In this document: piece after piece, positions 48,501 to 60,370 of the stretch
Layout: every line of letters begins with the position of its first letter
Numbering within the stretch: position 1 is the stretch's first letter
From: Chromera velia
Taxonomy: Eukaryota
NCBI GenBank assembly: GCA_018398765.1
Contig: JAHBMJ010000101.1
Coordinates: 62,001-126,000, forward strand
Reading direction: 5' to 3'
DNA: 64,000 nt
Translations under genes and position numbers: made by a program
Notes under the pieces: generated by a model
Told to the model about the DNA's origin: nothing
Databases searched by the model: none
Seen by the model: only the letters and a program-made list of their open reading frames with translations

Positions 48501-51355
48501 TTCTATTCGTCCTCTTCTCCTCCGCGTCTCTCATCATCATCTCATGCAGGACGCCTACCGAAAGGTTCCTGGGGACACCTGCGAGGGCGGGTGGGTGCCC
48601 CCCAAGGTTTCCGTTCCGTGTCCTGCGCGTTCGCTTTTTTCGAAAGCCCTTTTGTGGTTCTTTGGTGTCGTGCTTGTCGGTGTGGCTGTGCTCCTCTGCC
48701 TGGGCCTGGCTGCGGGGGGAGGGGGGGGGGCGGGGGAGTCGGGGGAAAGTTTAAAGGGAGTACTCGGCTTTGCAGGGGGAAAAGGGGCAGCAACAAAAGA
48801 GAACTTCAGCAAAGCTTCAAGGTTGGCATGAGGGCATGCATCGAGGGGGGGGAGGGGGGTTCCTGTCTTTGGCGCTTTCGCTTCTGTTTAGCTCGGCGTT
48901 CTCAAAATCTCACAGAGTGAACGGAAGGAACGCAAGGCCATCCACCCCTACATGCCTGCTTAGCGATGCCCTTCTCATACTCCCCGATGCCTTCTCTCAC
49001 TGATATACTCCTGTCTGTCTGTCCGTGGAACGAGAAAGGGGACCCCCGTTGAAGTCGCTTGTCTTCTTGTCTGCCAGAGAGAATTGCTCGTTTTCTTTAT
49101 GTGTTTCTGAATATGTCTCTTTCTCTCTGCACGGAGAGTCGACGAATGGATTAATGAACGGACAAATGGTTTGACGGACTCGTTTCTTTCTCTTCAGGTG
49201 GAGGGCAGTCGGGGGTATCAAGGGTGTCGCTTCAACTGTCGGGCAGACTCTCGGTCGGTCGGTCGGTCACGTCATGTGCTGTAGTTCCAAGTATGTCGCT
49301 CTCTCTGTTTGTGCACCTGCCGCGGGGGCGGTTTGCCGAGGTTGTTTCTCGCTCTGTTTGGCGGAGTCTTTTTTCTTTCTCTTTTGGTTTGCGAGAGAAG
49401 ATCGCAAAGCCTCTTTCTTTTTTCCTCGTCCGCCTCTTTCTTTTTTCCTGTGTGGTGGTGGTGTTGCCCTTCTCTGCGTCAGTCGGGATGCGGAAAAGAT
49501 ACTTCACTGATTCTGTATTGTTACTGTTGTCGTGTTTCTTCTTCCTCTTTTTCTCTCAGGAAAGGGACTCGCGTCCCTGAAGGCAATCATTGCGGCGAAT
49601 TCTGGAGGGGGTGGAGGGTGTGAGTCTCTGCCTGTCTGGTTGTCTTGCTTTGGGCCTTCACTGAATTCATCCTCCCCTTTTTTTTGCCTCTCTGCCCTAT
49701 TCCTTTTGGTCTGGTCTGGTCGGCAGTCGATCCTCCGTCCGCTTTGATGACGAGGCCTGATGAGAGATGGATGAGTTTCTTCGGTGTGTTTGTGTTCGTG
49801 CTAGGAGGAGAGAGAGGGAGCGGGGCGGAACTGCCAAAGCCTGTTTGGGGGGGCAACGGTGGCCCTGTGAAGAAAATCCAGTGGGACGTTGGCATCGATG
49901 CGGCACAGAGGAGTCTGTTGGGTCTTTCCTCTTTCTGCCAGTCATCGGGTTTTGGGGTATTCTGTTGTGCTTCTGTCTGTTCGCTTGCAGCATCTCGATT
50001 TGGTGACATCAAATACTCTCAAGTGGGAGGGAGAGAGGTCAGCCATGATGGAGGCTGTCCTCCTTTATGGGTCGATGGAAAGAATGGTCTTTGGTCAAGA
50101 CGCAAAAGAGGCAATCTTTCGTCATGTGTCATTGTGTGACGTATTGTGTGTGCATCTGTAGGTAAGAAGGAAGTTCGTTAGGCAGAGTATCTCTGACTGC
50201 GTGTATTTTTCTTTTCGGATTTTGCACACACGTTACCTTCGTTCTCCCGATATTTTTCTCTCACTTTCTCTGCGGGAAGGCGAATCGGGGCTCTCGTGCC
50301 TCTGCGTGATCTCTTGAATGTGCCCGCGGACATGACGCCAATGTGCCCGCGAAATAGCGAATAGCTTAGAAAGTTGTGGAGTGTTTTGGCGTTTCATTTC
50401 TCTCTCTCGCTCTCTTTGTTTGTTTGCAGATGGGGTTCGGCGAGGGCGTTGAAGATTTTTCTGTCGGGGGGGATGCTGGATTAGACGACGTCAGTTGAGT
50501 GGGTGGGTAGCATGAAGGTGTGTGTCTGGGTGCAAGACGTTCTCTTCCGCCTCTTTGGAAGGGAAGGAAAGGAGAGAACAGAGAATGAGAGAGAAGACGT
50601 CAGAGTGTTTGTCGGCTTTTTGAAGAGAGGGGCGTTGGTGTGTGTGCGTGGGTGTGGGAGTGCGCATGTTGGGTATCAATCTAGAGATCCTTCTGGTCTT
50701 GATCTGCCCTTCTGCTGTGCACATCCGCTTCTTCTTTAAAAGGCCGCGTTTTCGTGTTTGTAGAAGCTTCCTCGATGGATTTTTTTTCGTTTTCTCTCAT
50801 GATTTGGGGTTCTATCCACGTTCTTTCTTTCTGTCTGTTCCGTTCCTTTTTGTTTTTTCAGGATGACTTGGCTGCCGAAGAACACGACGATGCCCCTCCC
50901 CTCCTTTCCTACTCAACGGGGGGGCAGGGGGACAAGGGGGGCAGAGGAGGCAAGGGTGGGTAGGCATGTGGGAAGGTAGAAGAATCCAGGTGGTCGAGAG
51001 GGATACGGGACCCTCTTTGTTTCCGTTTCTTTGTACCGGTTTTCTTCTTGTTGTATGGCTCTCCGGTCTCTTCTTCCTTCTCTTTGTTGGTCTTCTCTAA
51101 GCTGCTTGGAGCTCTTTCTTCTCTCTTCAGGGCCCTTCCCTTCCCTTCTCTTTACTTTTTTTTCCCGTTCCATGAATGTTTGTATGCATGCAGAAAGTTC
51201 TTCAGGGGGAGAAGGGGGTGACAGTCCTGATGTGGAGAGTGGGCAGGGTGGGTCAGCTTTTCGTTGCTTGATTCACTTTTTTCTTGTGTTGCAGCTTCTT
51301 TTTGGTCTTCGTATTCGTTGACGAGATCCTTGCTTCTCCCTCCCTGTCTCGCATG

Positions 51356-51398
<43 letters not shown>

Positions 51399-51669
51399 GC
51401 TTCGGTCCTGCTCTTTTCTTTCTCGCTGTTCTCTCTGCATGCTGCTCTCTCTCCTTTTCTTTGTGCAGGCAGCAGGCAGGCAGCAGTACACCACCGACAT
51501 CAAGCAGGTCTGTCAGCAAGAAGGATCCTTCCTGTCTTTCCAAGGACATCTGTCTGTATTGAAGATAGAGTGACTGGCTGCACCTTTCTCACCGAAGTTC
51601 CAGTTTCTCTGCAATCCTTTTCTCTCCCTCACACTCTTTCCCTCTCGCTGTACCCCTATTTCGAAACAT

Positions 51670-51711
<42 letters not shown>

Positions 51712-52424
51712 CATCTCTATCTCTCTGAGCGCGGGCGGGCGCGCATGTGTGTTTGTCTGTGTACAAAAAAGACAAAAAAATCCGATTCTTCACGCCTTTC
51801 AAAATATTGAACGCAACGATTTTCCTTCCCGGCCCCCTCGCATGTGCAGCCCCTGCAGCAGTAGGCGGATCAACGAATGGAGGGCTGATGCGAGACGGGG
51901 CAGTGGTGAGTGACTTGCGTGTTCGGGGGGGGGGCTGTCTGCCTTCTTTGGCCCTTTTCTTTTCGCCTCTCTGTCCACTGCTCTCGGCAGTTGTCTGACG
52001 TGTAGCGCTAGAGGCCTCTTGTCCGCGCCCTGCTTTCTTGTTGCTTCTTGTGTGCGTGCGGGATTCTGCGCCCATGGGCATAAACTTGCGACGACACATT
52101 ACGAGTCGCCATGTGTCTTGGCCGTGCGCTTCTTTCGCGTCTCTGTATTCATCTTTGTGTCCTTTTTTCCCGCTTCACTTTTCCCTCTCTTTCTTCCTGC
52201 TGCAGGCGGCAGTGCCACGACTCACGCCACCCCCTTCAGCCTCTGTCAGTCCTGGCCCAGATTGCATGGCCTCTCTCTTTCCCTCATTCATTTATGTGGT
52301 CTAGTAGGAAAAGATCCGTTTCAGTCTTGGAGGGAGTTGCATACAGGGAGGAAGCGTTTCTGCTTTCCTCGAAGACGTCTTTCGGTTGCTTTCTGCCCTC
52401 TTTCTCTCTTGTTCTTTCTCTTTG

Positions 52425-52475
<51 letters not shown>

Positions 52476-52936
52476 ATGTGTGTGTAGCTCAATATTGTCG
52501 ATGCCTTTTTGCTTCCATCTGTGAATCCGCCATTCATTCCTCTGCCTTCTTTCCGTATGCAGAGCGGGCCGTCGGGAGGTGAACAGGGTTCGCAGCCTTT
52601 AGGTGGGTTTTCTGTATCTCGTTGGGGTGTCAGTTTCCTTCCATCGCTTCAGTGATTCCCTTTTTGTGCATCTTTCTCGTTGCTTTGACATTTGAAAAAG
52701 AGCTGAGAGAGGAAGCCCGGCCCCTCCTTTGCCGGGGGGGCTGTGTTCCTTGTGTGCTTTCCGTTCTCATGTGGGGCGGGTGCTCCAAAGTGCAGTCGGA
52801 TCCATGCCATGCTACAAGGGAAAATGTTGAGAGAGTGTTTCCACATGCGCATGCATGCATGCATGCAGGGTTCCGAGGGGGTGCAGATGGATCCGGTGGG
52901 GGGAAAGAAAAGGACGGGGGGTACGACCTTCTCTAA
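33790..52936 (+). CDS. SORTLR: Sortilin / VPS10-domain sorting receptor (apicomplexan SORTLR-like), ~44 short exons
   Basis: In-frame exon chain: MSSQP (33790-33804, tentative); signal peptide [38 protein letters not shown]/Asp-box repeats ([55 protein letters not shown]); [18 protein letters not shown]; 10CC module ([26 protein letters not shown]); [25 protein letters not shown] (~48650-48715); acidic tail ending DGGYDLL* (TAA 52934-52936). Confidence 0.93.
37149..37236. other. Assembly gap (N run) inside a sortilin intron, flanked by G-runs
   Basis: N characters in the sequence. Confidence 0.99.
43156..43512. repeat. (GGAT)/(GGAAT) mixed microsatellite, ~355 bp, running directly into a 3' splice site
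   Basis: Seen directly; ends ...GGATGGATGCAG followed by an exon at 43517. Confidence 0.95.
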
Positions 52937-53959
52937 TTCGATCGTTGCATCATCATGGGGGGGGGGCATGGGAGAGGTCAGTCATGGAATTAAGTTGTCT
53001 GGTGAGTCAGTCAAGTCATCCGATCCATCAGTCAGAAATTCACCTCCCTCGTTCGTTCGTTCGGAGGGGTGCAAAGGAACGCCACGGTTCGTTTTCCACT
53101 CGATCACCCTGCTCTTGAGTCAGCAACTCCCACTCTTGACAGCCTCCGTAGGAATAGGACAACACCCGAATCCCTCAAGCTCTTTCACATTCCTTCCTGC
53201 CCTCCAGATTTTTCATTCTATTGCTTCTCCCCGGAATACCTTTTCGCCCCATTTATTGTCCTCCTCACTTCTTGTCTGCCACTCATATACCCTCTCTCTT
53301 TCCTTCATGGCTCCTCCCCCCCCCCCTTCCCCCGGTCCAATTCCGTTTCCTTTTTTCTGCTCACGTTGTCTTGTGTATCTCTGCATTGTTACTACGTGAA
53401 TTTGTTTTCTGCCTCCTCCCCTCTCTACCAATGTGCACGCAGCTCCCTTTAATTTGTTGCAGGTCTTTGCACTTTGTCTGTGCATCGCCATGACGAAAGA
53501 AGTCGCCGAGTGTTGGGAAAGAAATCTGATCGTTGAGAAGGGAACGAAGCAAATGGGGAGAGAGAAAGTGGACGTTGATCTATTCATCAGTTGGAGGCTG
53601 GATGGGTGGAAGAAGCAGGGGTGGATTGAGTGGCTGCAGGGTGCATGATCCCTCGAATTAAAAGCAGCGCTCTCTGTAGCGCTTTTGGGAACAGTCGCGA
53701 GAGGATCGATCGAGCGAACTTTGATGCAAGAGGGGAGGACATTTGTCAGTCTGCCTGATCGAATTTTCTTCTCCTGATCGACTGCATCGCTCCCTAACTG
53801 CATTGCACTGGACCGCTTCATTGTGAGAGCTGATTGCATTCCAGCTGTTGCGTTCCGTCTGTTCGATTTCACCGAATTCGACCAGCTAGCTTGCATTAAG
53901 AAAAGGCTGGCATGAAGAAATTGCCAGAGAAAATCGATGACACGACGATGAGTCAGAGT

Positions 53960-55440
53960 CACAGTAGCTTAAAGTGGACTCAAGCGCAAAAACGGAATCT
54001 AAAAGAGACTCCCGAAAAGTCCGGAGCCCTTAAGATCATAAGGGAGAAATCTTAGTTAGAGAAATGCTGGAAAGCCTGGAATATAAGCGGCGCGATTCAC
54101 TACCAAGCAATTTACCTTAGTAGCAGTTTACCATAAACGGTCTACTACGTATACCAGATGTTCGCTTAATTGCACTTATTAAAATCTTAGCTAAAATCAG
54201 GGATAAATCAGAGTTCGTTAAGATTGATATGACGCGTGCAAACAATTTAGGAGACAATATAAAAACTTAGACTTCGCCGTAACGCCGTTGATCACACCAC
54301 CATATATAGTACCATTGAATCTGATATTGAGAGATTGATTGATTGGTTGATTAATTACTACTAATTTACTAGATTAACTCAATGACTAATTAATCTAGTA
54401 CTTAATTAATTGATTGTTTCAATTTGATTGATTTATTGATTTATTCCGTCCTAGGGGCCACAGCCTGCATGCCCGGTATATTATTACTCATATTGCAATG
54501 ATGATCCCTTGTAAAGGTTGTTGCTAGGTTTGCTGCCTAGGTTGCCGCTCGTATAATTGAGTCGTATTTGTTCCGACTCGTATAGAATATTTGCATAGGC
54601 CCTTGCACACTAGCTTTACACCTATCATCATCGTGCGCTATATGATATCGCTATCGCGGATCGGCCCTTCGATTGGGCCACAAATAAAGCGTGTATCGTT
54701 AGATGGCAAGACGCGAGCTCCTGCGACAGTTAGGACTAGTTAGATATTAAATTTTAAGACTCAAATTAAGAGCAATCTAGATCAAAAACAGTCCACATTT
54801 TTTATGCTTTGCGTCTTTTAAAAAGTTGACTATCTTTGATACAGGATATACATCTAAATATACATTTTCTACTAGATTTTCCATGGCCGTTTAGGCTAGC
54901 CGCTGGCCCAAACCGTAGTAGTCTAGGTAGTAGTTAGGGTAGTAGTAGCTCTCTGGGCCTCTGGCGCTAGTTTTAGCGCCACAGTATGCTGTCACTAGAT
55001 GTACAGGCTGTAACAGTACAGCTTAAGACAGCGTAAATCGCTTCTAGGCAATGTAATAGGCACTAGTCTACCGCTAGAGTAGGCGTCAGTTTAAAAAAAA
55101 TAAGTATAGAAACCGTAAAACCTTTTACCTAGCTAGCCTTTTACTTTCTTTTTTTTTTGTCACTTATAAAGTCAAACACTAGCTTTGTCAAACAAGTGTT
55201 GTTGTTTAAGTGTTGCATAAGTTTTTTTTATATGTTGTGTAGCATTGTAGCTGTTAATTAAGTGTTGTGCCGATTAAAAGGGTAAATTAAAAATTAGAAA
55301 TTAAAAAAAAATAAAAAGTCTCATCAGATTGGTTTTTTTTTTTTTTCTTTAGACAACGCCTATAGAATCACTTCTAAGTTCAAGTTTAAATTTATTAGAT
55401 TTAACTTGATCATTTAAGTTTAAGAATAGATTTACGTATT
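53960..55440. other. AT/TpA-rich intergenic block, probably decayed repeats
   Basis: Dense TAG/CTAG/TAA words (e.g. 54910-54950 GTAGTAGTCTAGGTAGTAGTTAGGGTAGTAGTAG). No ORF of 60 aa or more in any frame over ~1.5 kb. Confidence 0.65.
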
Positions 55441-55493
55441 CTGTTTTACACAGCTTCCATGAGCGCCCACTCCTACTCCTGATGCCAAAACGG

Positions 55494-57998
55494 CTAAAAA
55501 AGCGACTCACTAATCAACTTGCATAGTTTTCTCTCCGCGAGTCCAAGGTTACATGCCTCATGCACCGAAAATTGGAAGGCTTCTTTTTTTTCCTTCCCTT
55601 CATACGTCTTCTGCTCCCCGATGTTTAGCCGTCTGAGATTGGGAAGCGACGAAGGGTGGAGAGCATCAAAGAATGCAGATGCTCCTTCAATGCCAATCCG
55701 ATTGTCAGAAAGAGACACAGACCAAAGCTCTGAAAAATTGGAGGCCCCAAACACTCCTCCAAGCGCCCTCATGCCTTCATCGTCGATATTGGAGTCAATG
55801 AATGACAATTCTCTGAGGTGAGGGAGCTTCCCTGCTGCGAGCGTTCGAAGCGCCCCCGCGTCCAGTCTGCCTTTGTTGAGAAAGAGAGACTTCAAACCGG
55901 GTAGCCCGCTCTCACTCTGAGTGATTCCACTCAATAACGGACCCCCGTAGACACGGCGCCCCCCTTCTTCAAGGCACAAGCACAGATGAAAAAGACGAGA
56001 AGGGAACCTCCCTGCCCTTATACCCTCTCCAAGGGCCAACAGGCCCTCGTCTCCAGCACGATACAGGACAGGGGAGTCAGAAGGAATTTCAGAGCGAACT
56101 TGGTAAAAGTCTATGATGCTGCGTGTCGTCTCTACGGCAACCGCTCGCTTTTGACAAGAATCGACACTCTGCAGTGAAATGAGCTTGCCAGAAACGAGAA
56201 CAGGAATGACAGACTTTCCAGCCCCAGCAGCTGCCTCTGACGGGAAATGGAGCCACCGAAGCTTTGGAAGACCGTCAGCACGCTCGGCAACGGCAGACAT
56301 GAAATCTTCCCCCGCCCCTTTTCCAACGTTCTCGTTGCGAGACAATCGCAAAAAGGCTGAACCAACCAACGCCCCCGTCCTAACTGCCGCTGCAAGACCG
56401 CTCACCCCTTCATCGGTGAGACCAGATTCCGTCAGGTTGATCTCTGACAATTTAGGCAGCTTCCCTGCCTCAAGAGCCCCCCCCAGCACCCCGGCTCCCT
56501 CTCCCGCTCTCGTCCTGGCCAGATTCAGCACCTCCAGAGAGGGCAGACCCTCTTGGCCCTCCATGAGAGCCCCCATCAGGGTCCCCATCCCTTCCCCTGT
56601 CATCCCCCGGTTGTCCTGCAGGGTCAGATTCTGCAGACCAGTGAGGCGACCAGCCCTGACTGAATCTGCCAGGAGAGCAATCTCTGCATCGGTCAAATGC
56701 ATTCGCAAGTCTAAATGGCACAGAAGAGGGAGATTTGTGTGTACAACGGCAGGGAGGAATACAGCCTTCTCATGGTCAGATAGCTGTGTCTCGATGACCT
56801 GGCCCTTTGCCTTGATTACTAACTTGTTGACTGCCCGACACCGTCCCTTAAGGACACTTTCTGTCAGCAGCCTCAGAGCCTCATTACCCACTTCCTCCAA
56901 CACCCATTCAAGAAACTGCAAACCTAGTCTCTCAAATTGGAGGGATTCAGAGGTTTTCATGAGTGCACCAAAAAATGTACCTGCACGGCTACCTTCTCTA
57001 GAAAAGAAAAGATTCAGCTGCCGGATGGCCGGATATTTGCCGTTCACAAGGGCTCGGAGCCTCTCTTCGTCGACGGTGCCTGCGTACAGCGAGAGGTCGA
57101 CACGCATGGAGGGGGGCCGTTCTGCTGTTGTGAGTGAGTCTAAAAAGACTGCCATATTTTGCGGAGACTCATGCAAAGACGAGAAACAAAGCAGCCGGAA
57201 GGCGGGGACCGATTGAATGCGGAGAGCCCCCCCCAATGAAGTCAACCCTTTCCCCCAACGAGCACCAGGCCAGTTCACCAGATCGTCATCTAGTGCCAGA
57301 GTTTCTAGACAACCGAGGTCCCCTTTTTCCATTCTCGCTGCAATTCGTTCCATCCCCTTCCCCGCAATACGGCAATTTCTCAGAAAAATCTCGCGCGCAC
57401 AGGGCAGAGATGCGGTGCAGAGGACCGGGCAGAGAACAGCTATGCCCGAATCCCCGAAATGGTTCTCTGACAGGTTCAGGGTCTCCACTCTCAGAGGGGT
57501 CTCTGCGATGGCTGTGCACAGGGGTTTTAGGCACTCCTCATCTAACTCGGTGTTCTCGAGGTCCAGACTCTTCAGACCCGACGCCTTCCCCAACATGATC
57601 ACCTCTGCCAGAGCCTCAATCCCCCCAGCCCTCAGGGAGTTGCCTGCATGAAGACCCCAAAAAAGCAAATTAATTTTCTTCTTCATCAGCCTGCAGGGGC
57701 TTCTCTCTCACCCGTCACTCCCTGGCTTGCTGGCCCTGGCTGTCTGGCTGCTTTTCTGCCCTACTGGGTAGGCGAAACTATGCTATTGCGAAATTGATAC
57801 TGCGTTATCTTGTGTTTTGTGCACCAAAGCCCATTTTTGTCTCACTGATTCTTGGGGGCCCTGAATGCTGGCGCGAAGAGAAAGTGGGACTGACTGGGCT
57901 GACCTCGCAGACAGAGAACCTTCACCAGGGGAAGCAGAAGAGGAAAGACTGGAGGAGCTTCAAGAGGGCTGATGGACTCCTCTGCAGATGTACACACA

Positions 57999-58051
<53 letters not shown>

Positions 58052-60370
58052 GGGGAAGGAGTCAACGTGCATAAAACAGCTTGAGACACCAGAAATCAGC
58101 CCCACATTCCTTCCATAGTCGGGGAATGAATGCCCTTTTTCTGTTGCATGCTTTGATGCATCAACAGTCTCTCTCGTGCCACAGCTGCACAAATGAATGC
58201 TTGTTTCTCCCTTTTCCCTCTAAAAAGAGCCGTGGCTCTCAGATTACTTTTTTTTTTCTAGCCTGACTTCTCAATGCGGATGTCATTCGTTCGCTTTTTC
58301 ATCACTGCTGCCCGCGTTTTCTTCCTTAGACTCTGTCGCTTCATGGCAGTCTTTTCTCCTTCTCCGATCTCATGCCAGGTCGACCTCTGGAGCCGGTGGA
58401 ACGGTCAAGCCACTCAATCGTTTTCACCCTCACCCAACGTAAGCAACTCAACGGATTCACCTGCAAAAATAAAAGTCCGGGTCTGCAGTTTCGGTACCAG
58501 TTGTTGCCCTTGTCCTGCATCCTGGAGGCGCTTCAGGAAACTCAGGAAGTGGGGCAGGGCTGCTCCTCTGACGGCAATCGAGTCTGCAAACAAAGAATGT
58601 GATGGGGAGGAGCTCAGGGCAGAGAAAGCGTTGTTAGCTCGATTGGTTCTGCGCTCGCTCTTCTGAGGAGTTCAGAGTTTCGGAAAAGAGAAAAAAAAGA
58701 AACAAAAGAAGCAACGCTTTGGAAACGTTTGGTAACACACTTTCCCTCTCCCGCCTCTTTTTCACTACGTCCGACAGTCCCTCACTCCTTTCCCCCTTCC
58801 CTCACTCTCTCCCGCCCCCTCCCCCCCCCCAAACTTTTTCGATAAAGAGATCGAAAGCAGACTGAATTTCCATTTGCAAAACTTCTTCTGCCTGAGAGGC
58901 AGGACAGAAAAGGATAATCCTCTTAAATAAGACACTAACCGATTTTTACGTTCACGACAGTCTCAGGCAGAAAGTTGAGGAACAAGAAGACCTTCTTTGG
59001 AGACAGCCCGCGCGATCCTGCGCAGAGAGAGATCGATCATTCAATTAAGAAAGAAACTGTCAGGACGGGCGGGGAGCGAGGTACCAGCTAGAGCTGAAAC
59101 TACACCAAGGATCTCTCTGACTCTTCCTTTCTCTGCAGATTTGTTCTGATGCTTGCTGCATGCTTTGTTTATGAACTTTTTCATTCGTTGGTCTCTGTCT
59201 ATTTCGCTTCCAGTTCTCCCTTTTGTCTGCTCCCTCCAGGCCGTGTTTCATCTTTCTTTTCCCTTGCAAACTGGGGGCCCGCACCCACCCACACGCTCTC
59301 TCTCACGCACCCGATAGGTCGATGGACACCGGTGGAGATGCTTGGACTTTCCCAAGGTCCCTTATCTGCAAACAGAGGACAGGGGACGAACAGCCACACA
59401 ACAAACAGAGAGGATGCATAAAGCTACAAAAAAGGCAACTGGAGCACATGCCCACCAAATGATAAGAGATCCGCAGAATTGTGATCGCTCATTGTTTCAA
59501 CACGAATCACTGGCGTATATAAGATTGCTTGGGACAGGCAAAACAAAATAAATAACATTGGGAGGAGGCCGGAGAGCACAGCTAGGGAGGACATGCAGAT
59601 CGATCGAGAGGCCATTCCATGAGAGAGAAGAGGAAAGTCGTTGGTGGTCCTGTTGAAGATTGTGACGGTAAGAAAGTTGGGGGCTGGGTTGAAGAAAAGA
59701 AACAGAAAAGTGAGAGAGAAAAGACCATGCTGATCGAGAGAAGTGTCCCCGGAGAATCTGAAAGTTTTGCATCTAGCGGGCGACGATTGGTGATTTTCTT
59801 TCGTAGAATGATCAAAAGTACCGTATGTGCGTATGAGAGGGCGGCTGCCTGTCTATGACTACTCTGAAACAGTTCGTTGAGAAGTTGACTGACCACCATT
59901 GTGCGCTTCAGTGATACTGTGTACCGACTAGACTTACATGCACCGACATGCTAAAATTGTGACCCGAAGTGACTGACCTTTGCGAAGAGACGGACCAAAA
60001 TCCAGGCAATACCGAAAGACTCCCTTTGTTGTGCGAGCTCCGAGATAGTCTGCGAAGGTAAGAGGCGCGGGAGTGAAGGGGACAGGGCATAGAAAGTGAA
60101 GAACGAAGGACAGTCAAGACAATGCGAGAGATTTCAAAAAAGGAGAAAGAATAATTTTCGAACTGAGCGCATAACTGTAAAAGAGAACTGACTTAAGCAC
60201 ACAAAGAGAAACATCCACCGCCCCAAGCTCTCCTTGTCATTCCTCCCCGAAAGAGCAAAAGCTAGGAAAGGAAAGGAGAAATACCAACCTGAGAGGTCAG
60301 TGCCAAATGCTGAAGCAAGACACAGAGGCTTCCCTCTGCTTGAGCCTCCGTCTCCTGAACTGCACAGCAC
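55494..60370 (-). CDS. Leucine-rich repeat protein (ribonuclease-inhibitor-like LRRs); large terminal exon plus several small upstream exons, 5' end uncertain
   Basis: Terminal exon 57643-55494 has repeated LxxLxLxxNxxxxxGxxxL units (LETLNLSENHFGDSG-like, LQNLTLQDNRGMTGEG, LSEINLTESGLTDEG, LWSVSLSDNRIGIEG). Upstream exons 57981-57904 and 58583-58461 splice in frame (phase 1-1). Further candidate exons near 59.3, 60.0 and 60.3 kb are tentative. Confidence 0.82.

Noticed and set aside
53213..53962. 249-aa minus-strand ORF downstream of sortilin
   Set aside because: No recognisable motif, composition resembles UTR or non-coding DNA, and no supporting splice structure.
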